Positions 31,168 to 40,852 of a DNA stretch of 60,145 nt are shown piece after piece. Source of the DNA: Betaproteobacteria bacterium (GTDB lineage Bacteria; Pseudomonadota; Gammaproteobacteria; Burkholderiales; SG8-39); contig CANIIA010000006.1 of NCBI GenBank assembly GCA_947467435.1, forward strand, positions 1 to 60,145, written 5' to 3'. Made by a program: the position numbers and the translations under genes. The notes below the pieces were generated by a model, which made no database searches, was not told the origin of the DNA, and saw only the letters and a program-made list of their open reading frames with translations. Position 1 is the first letter of the stretch. The number at the start of each line of letters is the position of its first letter.

Positions 31168-32709
31168 TTAATCCATCGTTGCGCTCACCGGCGCAAATTG
31201 CGATTGCGCACGTTCAGTCAACGGCACCAACGCAAATCGCAATCCCACCGCAGACCACGCTTGCGTTTCAGCGTGAAGTACAAATGCACTTAACGGATTT
31301 TCATCTAACCATTCGCGTGGAACCGCCAAGGTAAAGCCGGCATCGTCTTCGCGCACACCCATCGGCGGAACAGCGACCTCAGTACGATTTCGATGCAACA
31401 AACTGGCTAAACGCAAAGCAAACACCAAACGCCAATCATCGGGCTCAAAACCACTGTCTTGTACTTTAGAAAGCTTACCGCGATGTGCTAACACAATGCG
31501 CGCTAATCGCTGTTGTTCCATGCGCGAAAATCCCGGCATATCGGCGTGTTGCAAAATATATGCAGAATGTTTGTGCTGCTGCGCATGTGCAATCGACAAG
31601 CCAATCTCGCTCACCCGCGCAGCCCAATCGAGCAACTGCCGCGTAGGATGGGTCTCGGGGTCGCTGTCATCGACTGACACGATCAACGCATCGTACAAAC
31701 GCAGCGCCAATTGGCGAACGCGCTCAGATTGCGCCAGATCTACGCGATAGCGACGCGCAAATTGCACAATCGTTGCACTGCGCATGTCACGATGCTGCAC
31801 ACGCCCCAACAAGTCATACAACACGCCATGACGCAGCGCGCCGTCAGACAGCTGCATATGCTCGATGCCCAGCGCATCAAACACTGACAACATGATGGCT
31901 AAACCACCCGCCAACACCGGCGCGCGGTTATTACGTAAGCCTGGCAACGTAGCCGGGTCGATGGTCTGCAACTTAATCAGTAAGCTTTTCAGTCGCTCTA
32001 AACCATCACGTGTGATGCCATCACTACAAAACCCATGCGCTTGCAAAATATCTTCGAGCGCGCGTGCTGAGCCTGAAGAACCAATCGCCTGCTGCCAACC
32101 CAGTCGACGATACGATTGAGCAATCGAGGCTAATTCTTGTTGCGCGGCAAGTTGCGCCGCCTTAAATCGCGCTTTATCGACTTGCTGATCGGGAAAGTAT
32201 TTCAGGCTATAGCTGACACAGCCCATGTACAAACTTTCGGTGAGCGTCGGCTCTAAGCCCGTACCGATAATGCATTCAGTCGACCCACCGCCAATATCCA
32301 CCACCAAACGTTGATCATTGGGGGCAGGTAAGGCATGCGCCACACCCAAATAAATGAGGCGCGCTTCCTCGCGACCGGCAATCACTTCAATCGGAAAGCC
32401 AAGACGCGCGCGCGCTTCTTTTAAAAAGGCGGCGCTGTTCTTGGCAACACGTAAGGTATTGGTGCCCACGGCACGCACTGTTTCAGGGGCAAAACCACGC
32501 AATCGTTCACCAAAACGTGATAGCGCATCCAAGGCACGCACTTGCGTCGCACGATCAATACGCTTATCGCTAGTGAGTCCGCCTCCTAAACGCACCACCT
32601 CACGCAATGAATCAAGCGGATAAATATGGCCGTCATCGACGCGTCCCACCGCTAGGTGAAAGCTATTCGAACCCAAATCGACTGCAGCAAGAATGGTTGA
32701 ACGCGCCAT
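31168..32709 (-). CDS. ppx: Exopolyphosphatase (Ppx/GppA)
   Basis: AAVDLGSNSFH, GTNTLRVA, GREEARLIYLGV, VDIGGGSTE; C-terminal HD-like domain. Confidence 0.95.
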   Translation of the reverse strand: MARSTILAAVDLGSNSFHLAVGRVDDGHIYPLDSLREVVRLGGGLTSDKRIDRATQVRALDALSRFGERLRGFAPETVRAVGTNTLRVAKNSAAFLKEARARLGFPIEVIAGREEARLIYLGVAHALPAPNDQRLVVDIGGGSTECIIGTGLEPTLTESLYMGCVSYSLKYFPDQQVDKARFKAAQLAAQQELASIAQSYRRLGWQQAIGSSGSARALEDILQAHGFCSDGITRDGLERLKSLLIKLQTIDPATLPGLRNNRAPVLAGGLAIMLSVFDALGIEHMQLSDGALRHGVLYDLLGRVQHRDMRSATIVQFARRYRVDLAQSERVRQLALRLYDALIVSVDDSDPETHPTRQLLDWAARVSEIGLSIAHAQQHKHSAYILQHADMPGFSRMEQQRLARIVLAHRGKLSKVQDSGFEPDDWRLVFALRLASLLHRNRTEVAVPPMGVREDDAGFTLAVPREWLDENPLSAFVLHAETQAWSAVGLRFALVPLTERAQSQFAPVSATMD

Positions 32710-32751
32710 AGAGGGTGGCAAGTTAGCACTGCTGAGGATGCCAGGCAATGC

Positions 32752-33468
32752 TTATTCTGCGTGCGGCCCGTCCGAAGTAAAAGCACTCAACAATTGATGG
32801 CGCACATCCGCACCAAGCACTGCATAGATGAGGTGCTCAGCAATATTTTTGACGTGATCACCGACGCGTTCGAGTGCTTTGGCAATAAACATCAGATCTA
32901 ACGCCGCGCTAATGGTACGTGGATCTTCCATCATCAAGGCCATCAGCTGACGAATCACTCCCTCCAGCAGCAAATCCACCTCGGCATCGCGCGTAATAAT
33001 TTCAGACATCCGCTGCGGATCCATGGCATCAATGCCCGACAGCACATCGCGCAGCATATCCACCACCAACTTAGTCATCCGTCGTACTTCAACATAGCGC
33101 GGCAAGGTGGGACGACCTTCTTGATACAGCTTGCGGGCAAACAAAGCGATCTTCTTTCCTTCATCGCCGATACGCTCTAAATCGGTGGTCGACTTGGTGA
33201 GCATAATCACCATGCGCAAATCGGTAGCCGCGGGTTGACGTTTGGCGATGATCTGAGCGCACAGCTCGTCAATCTGCAGTTCAAGCGCATTAATATCTTT
33301 TTCCGACTGCAGAATCTCATCCATCAGTTGCACCGAGCCGCTACCCAAGGCCTCGACGGCATCAACCACTTGGCGTTCCGCACGCACGCCAATTTCGAGC
33401 ACCAAAGCGCGTGCCTGCTCGAGAAGCAAATCATATTCAGAAGAGGTGTGCGGCGGATGGGGAGTCAT
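32752..33468 (-). CDS. phoU: Phosphate signalling protein PhoU
   Basis: RQPAATDLR, DLERIGDE, MMEDPRTI, LERVGDHVKNIAE. Confidence 0.95.
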   Translation of the reverse strand: MTPHPPHTSSEYDLLLEQARALVLEIGVRAERQVVDAVEALGSGSVQLMDEILQSEKDINALELQIDELCAQIIAKRQPAATDLRMVIMLTKSTTDLERIGDEGKKIALFARKLYQEGRPTLPRYVEVRRMTKLVVDMLRDVLSGIDAMDPQRMSEIITRDAEVDLLLEGVIRQLMALMMEDPRTISAALDLMFIAKALERVGDHVKNIAEHLIYAVLGADVRHQLLSAFTSDGPHAE

Positions 33469-33509
33469 CACTGAACGAATCTAAGGGGTAAAACTAAAAA
33501 ACGTCGTGC

Positions 33510-33544
33510 ATCTTACGACCACAATGATGACAAGCACATGACAG
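33510..33544 (-). promoter_or_regulatory. Pho box and -10 upstream of phoU
   Basis: Minus strand CTGTCAT-GTGC-TTGTCAT, 11 nt, TAAGAT; near-consensus PhoB box. Confidence 0.8.
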
Positions 33545-33616
33545 CGCAGTGACTTATTTCTTTCATATAGATAAGCTAACCTAACCGATTGCCCCCAGTT
33601 GCGTTGAGCTACGCCC

Positions 33617-35749
33617 ATGTCCGGACCGACCAAAAAAGTGCACGCCGCCACCGCGAGTCCGTTGGCGCACCACGAGCAATTTTTAAACCGCGAGCTCGGG
33701 CACCTGGCCTTTAATCGACGTGTACTGGCCCAAGCCGAAGACCCCAGCGTGCCGCTCCTTGAGCGACTGCGCTTTCTTACCATCGTGTCCTCAAACCTTG
33801 ATGAGTTTTTTGAGATTCGCGTGGCTGGCTTAAAAGAAAAAATCAAACATGGCATTCGCGAGACTGGTCCAGATGGGCATGATGCGGCTTGGGTCTACGC
33901 GAAAGTGAGCCACGATGTACGCCAACTGATCGACGCTCAATACAAATTACTCAACGACGTCTTATTACCTGCGCTTGAAACAGAGCAAATTTTCTTTCCA
34001 CGTCGGCAAGATTGGACCCCCACACAAAAACACTGGATTCGCGACTACTTTATGCGCGAAGTCTTGCCTGTACTCACGCCCATTGGGCTTGATCCAGCGC
34101 ATCCGTTTCCACGCGTCTTTAATAAAAGCCTAAATTTTGCTGTCGAACTTTCAGGTAAAGATGCCTTTGGACGTAATTCGGGCGCAGCCATTGTGCAAGC
34201 GCCGCGCGCACTGCCGCGCGTGATCCGTTTACCCTCGCAAAAAAATCATCGCTACGAATTTGTGTTTCTCTCTTCTGTCATGCACGACCACGTCGGCGAA
34301 TTGTTTTCAGGCATGCAGGTACAAGGCTGCTATCAGTTTCGAGTCACACGAAATTCTGATTTATTTGTCGATGAAGAAGAAGTCAAAGATATGCGTATCG
34401 CCTTACAAGGCGAATTACTCGAGCGGCATTTTGGCCACGCGGTGCGTCTAGAAGTGGCCGACAATTGCTCAGCGCGGATGGCAGAATTTTTATTAGCGCA
34501 ATTTGCTTTATCGGCGGATGATTTATACCGCGTTGATGGCCCGGTAAATTTATATCGCTTACGCGAAGTGCCCGATCAAGTCGATCGCCCCGAGCTCAAG
34601 TACCTCGAGTTCAAACCCGACTTACCTGCCAACTTAGATAACGCCGCAGATATTTTTGCGTGCTTACAGCAGCGCGACGTGTTGTTGCATCACCCCTACC
34701 AATCCTTTGCACCGGTCTTAAATTTTATTCGTGCCGCAGCCGAAGATCCGCAAGTCATTGCGATCAAACAAACGGTCTATCGCACCGGCACCGACTCCGA
34801 GCTGATGGAAACGCTGATCCAAGCAGCGCAATTTGGCAAAGAAGTCACCGTCGTGGTCGAACTCATGGCGCGCTTTGATGAAGAGGCCAATATCAATTGG
34901 GCCACCCGTTTAGAAGCCGTGGGCGCCCATGTGGTGTACGGCGTTGTCGGACACAAAACCCACGCCAAAATGGCCTTGATTGTGCGACGTGAAGAAGACG
35001 CCAATGGCAAAACCCACCTACGTCGTTATGTGCATTTAGGCACAGGCAATTACCACCCGCGCACGGCGCGTTTGTACACTGACTTTGGATTATTAACCGC
35101 CAATGAATCGATTTGTGCCGATGCCAACGATGTCTTCAAACAACTCACCGGGCTCGGACGCGCCGGTCGCTTAAAACATCTTTGGCAAGCGCCGTTCACT
35201 CTGCACAAGCGGATTTTGGCGGCAATCCACGCCGAAGCGCAAGCTGCTGCAAATGGTCAACCGGCACGCATCATCGCCAAGATGAACGCGCTGCTTGAAC
35301 CGCAAGTGATCCACGCGCTCTACGCGGCGTCACAAGCTGGCGTCAAGATTGATCTCATTGTGCGCGGCGTTTGTGCGCTACGGCCAGGCATTCCCGGACT
35401 GTCCGAAAACATCCGTGTCCGCTCGATCATTGGTCGTTTTCTTGAGCACTCGCGAATTTTTTATTTTCACGCCGCCGGTGAAGCGCACGTCTTTTTGGCC
35501 AGCGCCGATTGGATGGATCGCAACTTCTTCCGGCGAATCGAAATATGTTTTCCGGTATTAGATCCTGCGCTTAAACAACGCGTCATTCGTGAAGGGTTGG
35601 ATAGCGCGCTGGAGGACAACGTACAAGCATGGCTCATGAACCCCGATGGTCACTACGAGCGCAGCGTGACTCGCCGTGGCTCACGCCAACGGGCTACGCA
35701 ATCCGAACTACTTCAACTATTGGCACACTCCCCGCTCGCTTCCATTTAA
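33617..35749 (+). CDS. ppk1: Polyphosphate kinase 1
   Basis: NRELGHLAFNRRVL, SNLDEFFEIRVAGL, HHPYQSF, KTHAKM, IGRFLEHSRI, SADWMDRN. Confidence 0.97.
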   Translation: MSGPTKKVHAATASPLAHHEQFLNRELGHLAFNRRVLAQAEDPSVPLLERLRFLTIVSSNLDEFFEIRVAGLKEKIKHGIRETGPDGHDAAWVYAKVSHDVRQLIDAQYKLLNDVLLPALETEQIFFPRRQDWTPTQKHWIRDYFMREVLPVLTPIGLDPAHPFPRVFNKSLNFAVELSGKDAFGRNSGAAIVQAPRALPRVIRLPSQKNHRYEFVFLSSVMHDHVGELFSGMQVQGCYQFRVTRNSDLFVDEEEVKDMRIALQGELLERHFGHAVRLEVADNCSARMAEFLLAQFALSADDLYRVDGPVNLYRLREVPDQVDRPELKYLEFKPDLPANLDNAADIFACLQQRDVLLHHPYQSFAPVLNFIRAAAEDPQVIAIKQTVYRTGTDSELMETLIQAAQFGKEVTVVVELMARFDEEANINWATRLEAVGAHVVYGVVGHKTHAKMALIVRREEDANGKTHLRRYVHLGTGNYHPRTARLYTDFGLLTANESICADANDVFKQLTGLGRAGRLKHLWQAPFTLHKRILAAIHAEAQAAANGQPARIIAKMNALLEPQVIHALYAASQAGVKIDLIVRGVCALRPGIPGLSENIRVRSIIGRFLEHSRIFYFHAAGEAHVFLASADWMDRNFFRRIEICFPVLDPALKQRVIREGLDSALEDNVQAWLMNPDGHYERSVTRRGSRQRATQSELLQLLAHSPLASI

Positions 35750-35783
35750 TAAAGATTGCGCCTCTACTTAGGATGTCACGTCC

Positions 35784-36290
35784 ATGTCTACACCACCTGC
35801 CCCGATCAACGTTTTGTTTTTATGCACGCACAATTCAGCGCGCAGCATCTTGGCTGAAGCCTTACTCAATCATTTAGGCAATCCGCGCTTTCGGGCATTT
35901 TCTGCAGGAAGCAGCCCGCGCGATAATCAACAACCACATCCGATCGCGCTTCGTGTTTTACAAAACGCGGGGATCGACACCCATTCACTCTCCAGCAAAA
36001 GCTGGGACGCCTTCGCGCATGCCGATGCCCCGCACATGCATCTCATCATCACGGTCTGCGATAATGCCGCTGGTGAGGTGTGCCCGATTTGGCCTGGTCA
36101 CCCTGCGACTGCGCACTGGGGTTATGCCGATCCGAGTCAAACGACCGGATCTGCTGAGGATATTGAAGCTGCTTTTAGAAGCACCCTACATCTATTGCAT
36201 AAACGCTTAGAGAGCTTCATCAACTTACCTATCGAGTCCTTTGATCAACTGGCATTACAAACCCAAGCGCGATCCTTGAGTCACGTATGA
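35784..36290 (+). CDS. arsC: Arsenate reductase (LMW-PTP/thioredoxin type)
   Basis: VLFLCTHNSARS P-loop, SKSWD, TVCDNAAGEVCPIWPG, HWGYADP. Confidence 0.9.
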   Translation: MSTPPAPINVLFLCTHNSARSILAEALLNHLGNPRFRAFSAGSSPRDNQQPHPIALRVLQNAGIDTHSLSSKSWDAFAHADAPHMHLIITVCDNAAGEVCPIWPGHPATAHWGYADPSQTTGSAEDIEAAFRSTLHLLHKRLESFINLPIESFDQLALQTQARSLSHV

Positions 36291-36937
36291 ATACAAACAA
36301 AGCCATTGCTGCCGAATGGGTCGGCACCGCCGCATTACTTGCCGCGGTGATTGGCTCAGGCATCATGGCTGAACGCTTAAGCGCAGGAAACACCGGCGTT
36401 GCATTGCTTGCGAATACGCTTGCAACAGTCTTTGCTTTGTACGTGCTGATTGAAACCTTCGCACCCATCAGTGGCGCGCACTTTAATCCTGTGGTGACGA
36501 TGGTCATGGTTTGGCGCGGCAAACTCAGCCTCAAGCTGGGGCTTGGCTATGTATGCGCGCAACTGCTCGGTGCGGTATGCGGCGCGTGGCTTGCACACGC
36601 GATGTTTGATGTATCGCTGCTGCAGTTTTCGATAAAACACCGCAGTGGGCTGAGTCAGTGGATCGCCGAACTCGTTGCCACTGCGGGTCTGCTGTTTGTC
36701 ATCCTACGAGCCCCAACAAACAAAGCAGCGCCACTGGTGGCTTGTTACATTGGCGCAGCCTATTGGTTTACCGCCAGCACGTCGTTTGCAAATCCTGCGG
36801 CCGTCCTCGGTCGTCTGCTCACCGATTCGTTTGCTGGCATTGCGCCGATCGACGCGCCAGCATTTGTATTGGCGCAGTGTGTTGGGGCATTAATGGGTGT
36901 TGTCTTGTCAACACAACTAGCGACAGACTCAGATTAA
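36287..36937 (+). CDS. MIP/aquaporin family channel, AqpS-like arsenite channel
   Basis: GSGIMAERL, GAHFNPVVT, AYWFTASTSFANPA; ATGA-coupled to arsC. Confidence 0.88.
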   Translation: MNTNKAIAAEWVGTAALLAAVIGSGIMAERLSAGNTGVALLANTLATVFALYVLIETFAPISGAHFNPVVTMVMVWRGKLSLKLGLGYVCAQLLGAVCGAWLAHAMFDVSLLQFSIKHRSGLSQWIAELVATAGLLFVILRAPTNKAAPLVACYIGAAYWFTASTSFANPAAVLGRLLTDSFAGIAPIDAPAFVLAQCVGALMGVVLSTQLATDSD

Positions 36938-37704
36938 CTGGCCACGCCATGGTGTTTGGCATAGCGCAGCGTCAGCCGAGACATCGGTAAGAAAATAAAG
37001 AAATCCGCGGTATTAAATTCCGGATCCCAGGCCGGCGCACCACCAATCCAAGCACCGCTACGTAGGTAAGCTTTGATCAAGGCCGGAATTTGCGCTGCAC
37101 GTGATTGATCTAGCTGGTCGATCGGCAACGGCGTTCTCGGAAACACACCGTATTCAATCGGTGCCCGAAAAACATCTGGTAGTTGTGCATAGGCGGAAGC
37201 GGCACCATGTCCCCCATCCAACATACTCATGCTGGCACAACCGGCTAAATATCGAATATTTCTGTTACGCGCGTACTCCAAGATGGCCTGCCACAGCTGT
37301 GAGATCACCTTACCCGAGCGGTATTCTGGATGGACGCAAGCACGACCCAATTCCAACAGACCTTCTCGCAATAACTGCAATCGCGTCAGATCAAACTCAG
37401 CATCGGCGTAATAACAACCAATACGACGTGCATTTTGTGGCGATAACAATCGATATGTACCAACCACCTGATCTGTCTGCGTATCGCGCGCGATCAAGTG
37501 ATCACAATGCGGGTCAAAAATATCTTCATCGATGCCAAAGGTTTTTGAGGGCAACCTCGCACCCATCTCGTCTGAAAAAACGCGCCAACGCAGCGCTTGC
37601 GCTTCTGACAGCTCTCGTTGATTAGTCGTCAGCGAAACGCGAATCGTGCTGGTGTTCGATCGTGGAACTTCTCGTGAAAGTAAGCGCTCATCTAAACGAT
37701 CCAT
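36934..37704 (-). CDS. olsB: Ornithine N-acyltransferase OlsB-like (GNAT)
   Basis: AQALRWRVFSDEMGA, DIFDPHCDHL, VVGTYRLL, ELGRACVHPEYRSG, PALIKAYLR, DPEFNTAD. Confidence 0.85.
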   Translation of the reverse strand: MDRLDERLLSREVPRSNTSTIRVSLTTNQRELSEAQALRWRVFSDEMGARLPSKTFGIDEDIFDPHCDHLIARDTQTDQVVGTYRLLSPQNARRIGCYYADAEFDLTRLQLLREGLLELGRACVHPEYRSGKVISQLWQAILEYARNRNIRYLAGCASMSMLDGGHGAASAYAQLPDVFRAPIEYGVFPRTPLPIDQLDQSRAAQIPALIKAYLRSGAWIGGAPAWDPEFNTADFFIFLPMSRLTLRYAKHHGVAS

Positions 37705-37738
37705 GCACTATCCTCTAAATTAGATTACATGCGCAATG

Positions 37739-37794
37739 AATGTAACCCGGCTTGATGACGTCACCATGACGAGGAAATGACGTCCACATGACAA
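37739..37794 (-). promoter_or_regulatory. Four-unit Pho-box array and -10 upstream of olsB
   Basis: Minus strand TTGTCAT-N4-ACGTCAT-N4-TCGTCAT-N4-ACGTCAT, 10 nt, TACATT. Confidence 0.85.
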
Positions 37795-37862
37795 TTCAAC
37801 GCAACACGTGATCGGCATGCTAAATTTCAACTTGTCCATACTTTCAGGACCATCGAACATCC

Positions 37863-38231
37863 ATGGAAAGTCCGTTCAAAGGTAAAACCGGTATCCGACG
37901 CCTCATTAATGCGGCCGGATACTCGCTGGCCGGTCTGTTAGCGGCCATTCGAAACGAAGATGCCTTTCGACAAGAACTTGCGCTGGCGATTGTTCTAATC
38001 CCACTTGGCTTGTGGTTTGGTCCGGGTGGATTAGCTAAAGCGGCATTGGTCGCAAGCGTACTGTTAGTACTGATCGTCGAGCTACTCAACTCCGCGGTTG
38101 AGGCTGCGGTCGACCATACCTCGCTTGACCGTCACCCGCTGGCACGTCGAGCTAAAGACATTGGTAGCGCAGCCGTCCTTGTTGCGCTGATGAATGTACT
38201 TGCCACCTGGACGCTGATTTTTTTCTTCTAA
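37863..38231 (+). CDS. dgkA: Diacylglycerol kinase
   Basis: GYSLAGL, EDAFRQEL, VELLNSAVEAAVD, AKDIGSAAV. Confidence 0.95.
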   Translation: MESPFKGKTGIRRLINAAGYSLAGLLAAIRNEDAFRQELALAIVLIPLGLWFGPGGLAKAALVASVLLVLIVELLNSAVEAAVDHTSLDRHPLARRAKDIGSAAVLVALMNVLATWTLIFFF

Positions 38232-38275
38232 CGCCACACCTTGAGCGGACGTTAGATCAACGCAGGCCCGCTACA

Positions 38276-38331
38276 CCGTCACACAAAATTCATCTAGCCG
38301 TAACCAGCTGTTCATCAGCGCCGTGCAAAGT
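38276..38331 (+). promoter_or_regulatory. Four-unit Pho-box array and -10 upstream of the GT4/PAP2/GT4 operon
   Basis: CCGTCAC-N4-AATTCAT-N4-CCGTAAC-N4-TGTTCAT, 10 nt, CAAAGT. Confidence 0.7.
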
Positions 38332-38338
38332 GGTGTCT

Positions 38339-39028
38339 GTGATCAGCCCTATCGACATTCGTGAATTTGGACAACCGCTTGTTCGTCTACGCGTCGCATT
38401 GGTGACCGACACCTATTCGCCTGACGAGCAATCTGTGGTGCATTCCATCGATCAGCTAATGTCAGGATTGCTCGAGCGAAACCACTGTGTGCAACTCATT
38501 CGTCCTGCGGGGGTTGCAATTGCAGCCGATGGTGAGCATCCCTTTGCAATGGGCACTCGTCTTAGCCTTTCCTTGCCCAAACATTTATCACTGGGTATTC
38601 CAGCGCGCCAACACCTGGTGCGCTACTGGGGTGCGCATCGACCTAATGTTGTACATATAGCGACCGAAGGAAAATTGGGCTGGTCTGCTTTGTCCGCAGC
38701 AAGGAAGTTACATATCCCTATAGCGACAGATCTGCGTACGCATTTTCTAAATACGCCAGCACATCAAGTGCTCCAATGGTTGTCTAAGCCAATTGCTAGC
38801 TATTTACGCAAATTTCATAACCGCGCGAACACCACTCTGGTGACGGATACAAAGATTGCCGCAGAACTTCGTGCGCTTGGCTTTACACACATCAGACCAA
38901 TCAACGACCAAGAGACAGACCGCGACTCCTCTTTTGTCACACCAGAGCGTCACGCAACGCTCTGCTACGAACGCGCACTACTGGATACCGCAAACCTCTC
39001 TCAACCATTCAATGCGTGGCAAACATGA
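38339..39028 (+). CDS. GT4 glycosyltransferase N-terminal domain only (truncated paralog, possibly degenerate)
   Basis: RVALVTDTYSP, VQLIRP, VVHIATEGKLGWSA, YLRKFHNR align with the downstream GT4; no C-terminal sugar-donor domain. Confidence 0.7.
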   Translation: MISPIDIREFGQPLVRLRVALVTDTYSPDEQSVVHSIDQLMSGLLERNHCVQLIRPAGVAIAADGEHPFAMGTRLSLSLPKHLSLGIPARQHLVRYWGAHRPNVVHIATEGKLGWSALSAARKLHIPIATDLRTHFLNTPAHQVLQWLSKPIASYLRKFHNRANTTLVTDTKIAAELRALGFTHIRPINDQETDRDSSFVTPERHATLCYERALLDTANLSQPFNAWQT

Positions 39029-39561
39029 CGCGGCTACAAAGCACCTTGCACCGCATACATTCACTAGATTTACATTGGTGTGTTCAGTTTAATGCGGCCT
39101 CTCGGCATCGGCTGATTCTGATTTTTTTTAAGTTAATTAGTCGATTAGGCAACGGTGTCTTTTGATATGCACTAATGATTGGGCTTCTGCTACATGATTC
39201 CGCGCATGAGTATGCGTTGGTGCTAAAGATGTTAATCACCGGTGCAATCACCACGTGCATTTATAAAATTCTAAAACACAAAACGTTACGACCCCGACCG
39301 TATCAAGTGCATCAGCATATTGCTGTGGGGGCTCCAGCACTGGATCAATTTAGTTTTCCATCCGGACACACGCTACATGCAGTCATGTTTTCAATTCTCG
39401 TTTGCGCTGCACATCCTGACTTCATCTTATCGCTTGGATCATTCAGCGTACTCGTTGCTATTTCACGCTTGGTGCTCGGCTTACATTACCCAAGTGACGT
39501 GCTGGCCGCCATCGGACTTGGCAGCTTGATTGGTTGCTTGGCGATAACGATTGTCCCCTAA
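39025..39561 (+). pseudogene. PAP2-family phosphatase interrupted by in-frame TGA (39163-39165)
   Basis: ATG 39025 overlaps the upstream stop; frame reads ...SRLGNGVF*YALMIG... then KHKTLRPRPY, SFPSGHTLH, SRLVLGLHYPSDV. Confidence 0.8.
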
Positions 39562-39568
39562 AGCACAC

Positions 39569-40852
39569 ATGACTGACGTGTTGTCACAAGCAATCGAGCG
39601 TACGGCTGCACCAAAGGGCTTGCGTATTGCTTTTGTGACAGAAACATTTGCCCCAGAAATTAATGGTGTCGCGATGACGGCAGGTCATTTTGTACGTGGC
39701 TTAAGACAGCGTGGCCACAACGTACAACTGATTCGACCAAAGCAGCGTCACGCACCATCATCAAACGATGATCCGAATACGGTATTGGTCAGCGGGCTTC
39801 CGATACCGAATTATCCGGGCTTGCAATTTGGCCTACCCTGCGCAAGCACATTACGTCGGCTATGGGTAGCGCAACGTCCAGATATTGTGCATGTTGTCAC
39901 TGAAGGTCCGCTCGGTTGGAGTGCGGTACGTGCCGCGCACAAACTCAATATTCCAGTGACTAGCGGTTTTCACACCAACTTTCATCGCTACACAGCGCAC
40001 TACGGGCTTGGCTGGATGCAGCATATAGTCAACGGATACCTACGCTACTTGCATAACCGAACCAAGTGCACGATGGTTCCTACCCGCGCGCTAGCGCTCG
40101 AATTAGATCGCCTGGGCTATCGCAACCTGTGCGTCGTTTCACGCGGCGTTGATACGCAGCTCTTCAACCCGTCGCGGCGCGACCCAGCGTTGCGAGCCCA
40201 GTGGGGGGTCAATGATCATGGCTTAGTTGTTTTATACGTCGGACGATTGGCCGCAGAAAAAAATATTCGTACCGTGCTGAATGCCTTTGCAGCCATACGC
40301 GCCTATCGTCGCGACGCTCGACTCGTGTTTGTTGGTGATGGACCACTAAGTGACAGATTAAAGAAACAGCAGCCGGATGCGATTTTTTGTGGGGTGCAGC
40401 GTGCGGAGGGTTTAGCGCAGCACTACGCGTCAGCTGATGTATTTTTATTTCCAAGCTTGTCTGAAACGTTTGGTAATGTCACCAGTGAAGCCATGGCCTC
40501 CGGATTGGGTATTGCTGCCTATCATCATGCAGCAGCGGGTGAGCTGATTACGCACAACGTGGATGGCTGCGTGGCAAGCCCAGGGGATGAACGTGCTTTT
40601 GTTGGAATGGCAGTCACACTTGCCAGTGAGGCGGGCCTATTAACTTCCATCCGATCTGCGGCGAGAGCACGCGCACTCTCATTAGATTGGGATCGTGTGA
40701 TCTATAGTTTTGAGCACGAGTTATTTGAAGCAATTCAACAGCAAGCACCGCAGTCTATTCAACACGACGCATTAGCGGCTGCCCCATGCGTAGCGCCGCC
40801 CCTGGCTGGTTTTCAGCGCACACAGCGTAGCCCTTGGGCGCGAAGACGATGA
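39569..40852 (+). CDS. GT4 glycosyltransferase, Agt-like glycolipid synthase
   Basis: VTETFAPEINGVA, TEGPLGW, SRGVD, YVGRLAAEKN, FPSLSETFGNV..EAMASG; context of P-free lipid genes. Confidence 0.85.
   Translation: MTDVLSQAIERTAAPKGLRIAFVTETFAPEINGVAMTAGHFVRGLRQRGHNVQLIRPKQRHAPSSNDDPNTVLVSGLPIPNYPGLQFGLPCASTLRRLWVAQRPDIVHVVTEGPLGWSAVRAAHKLNIPVTSGFHTNFHRYTAHYGLGWMQHIVNGYLRYLHNRTKCTMVPTRALALELDRLGYRNLCVVSRGVDTQLFNPSRRDPALRAQWGVNDHGLVVLYVGRLAAEKNIRTVLNAFAAIRAYRRDARLVFVGDGPLSDRLKKQQPDAIFCGVQRAEGLAQHYASADVFLFPSLSETFGNVTSEAMASGLGIAAYHHAAAGELITHNVDGCVASPGDERAFVGMAVTLASEAGLLTSIRSAARARALSLDWDRVIYSFEHELFEAIQQQAPQSIQHDALAAAPCVAPPLAGFQRTQRSPWARRR

Noticed and set aside
33549-33582. Pho box for ppk1
   Set aside because: One fair half-site (CTTTCAT) 10 nt before TAACCT, but the partner unit is poor, so it was not called.
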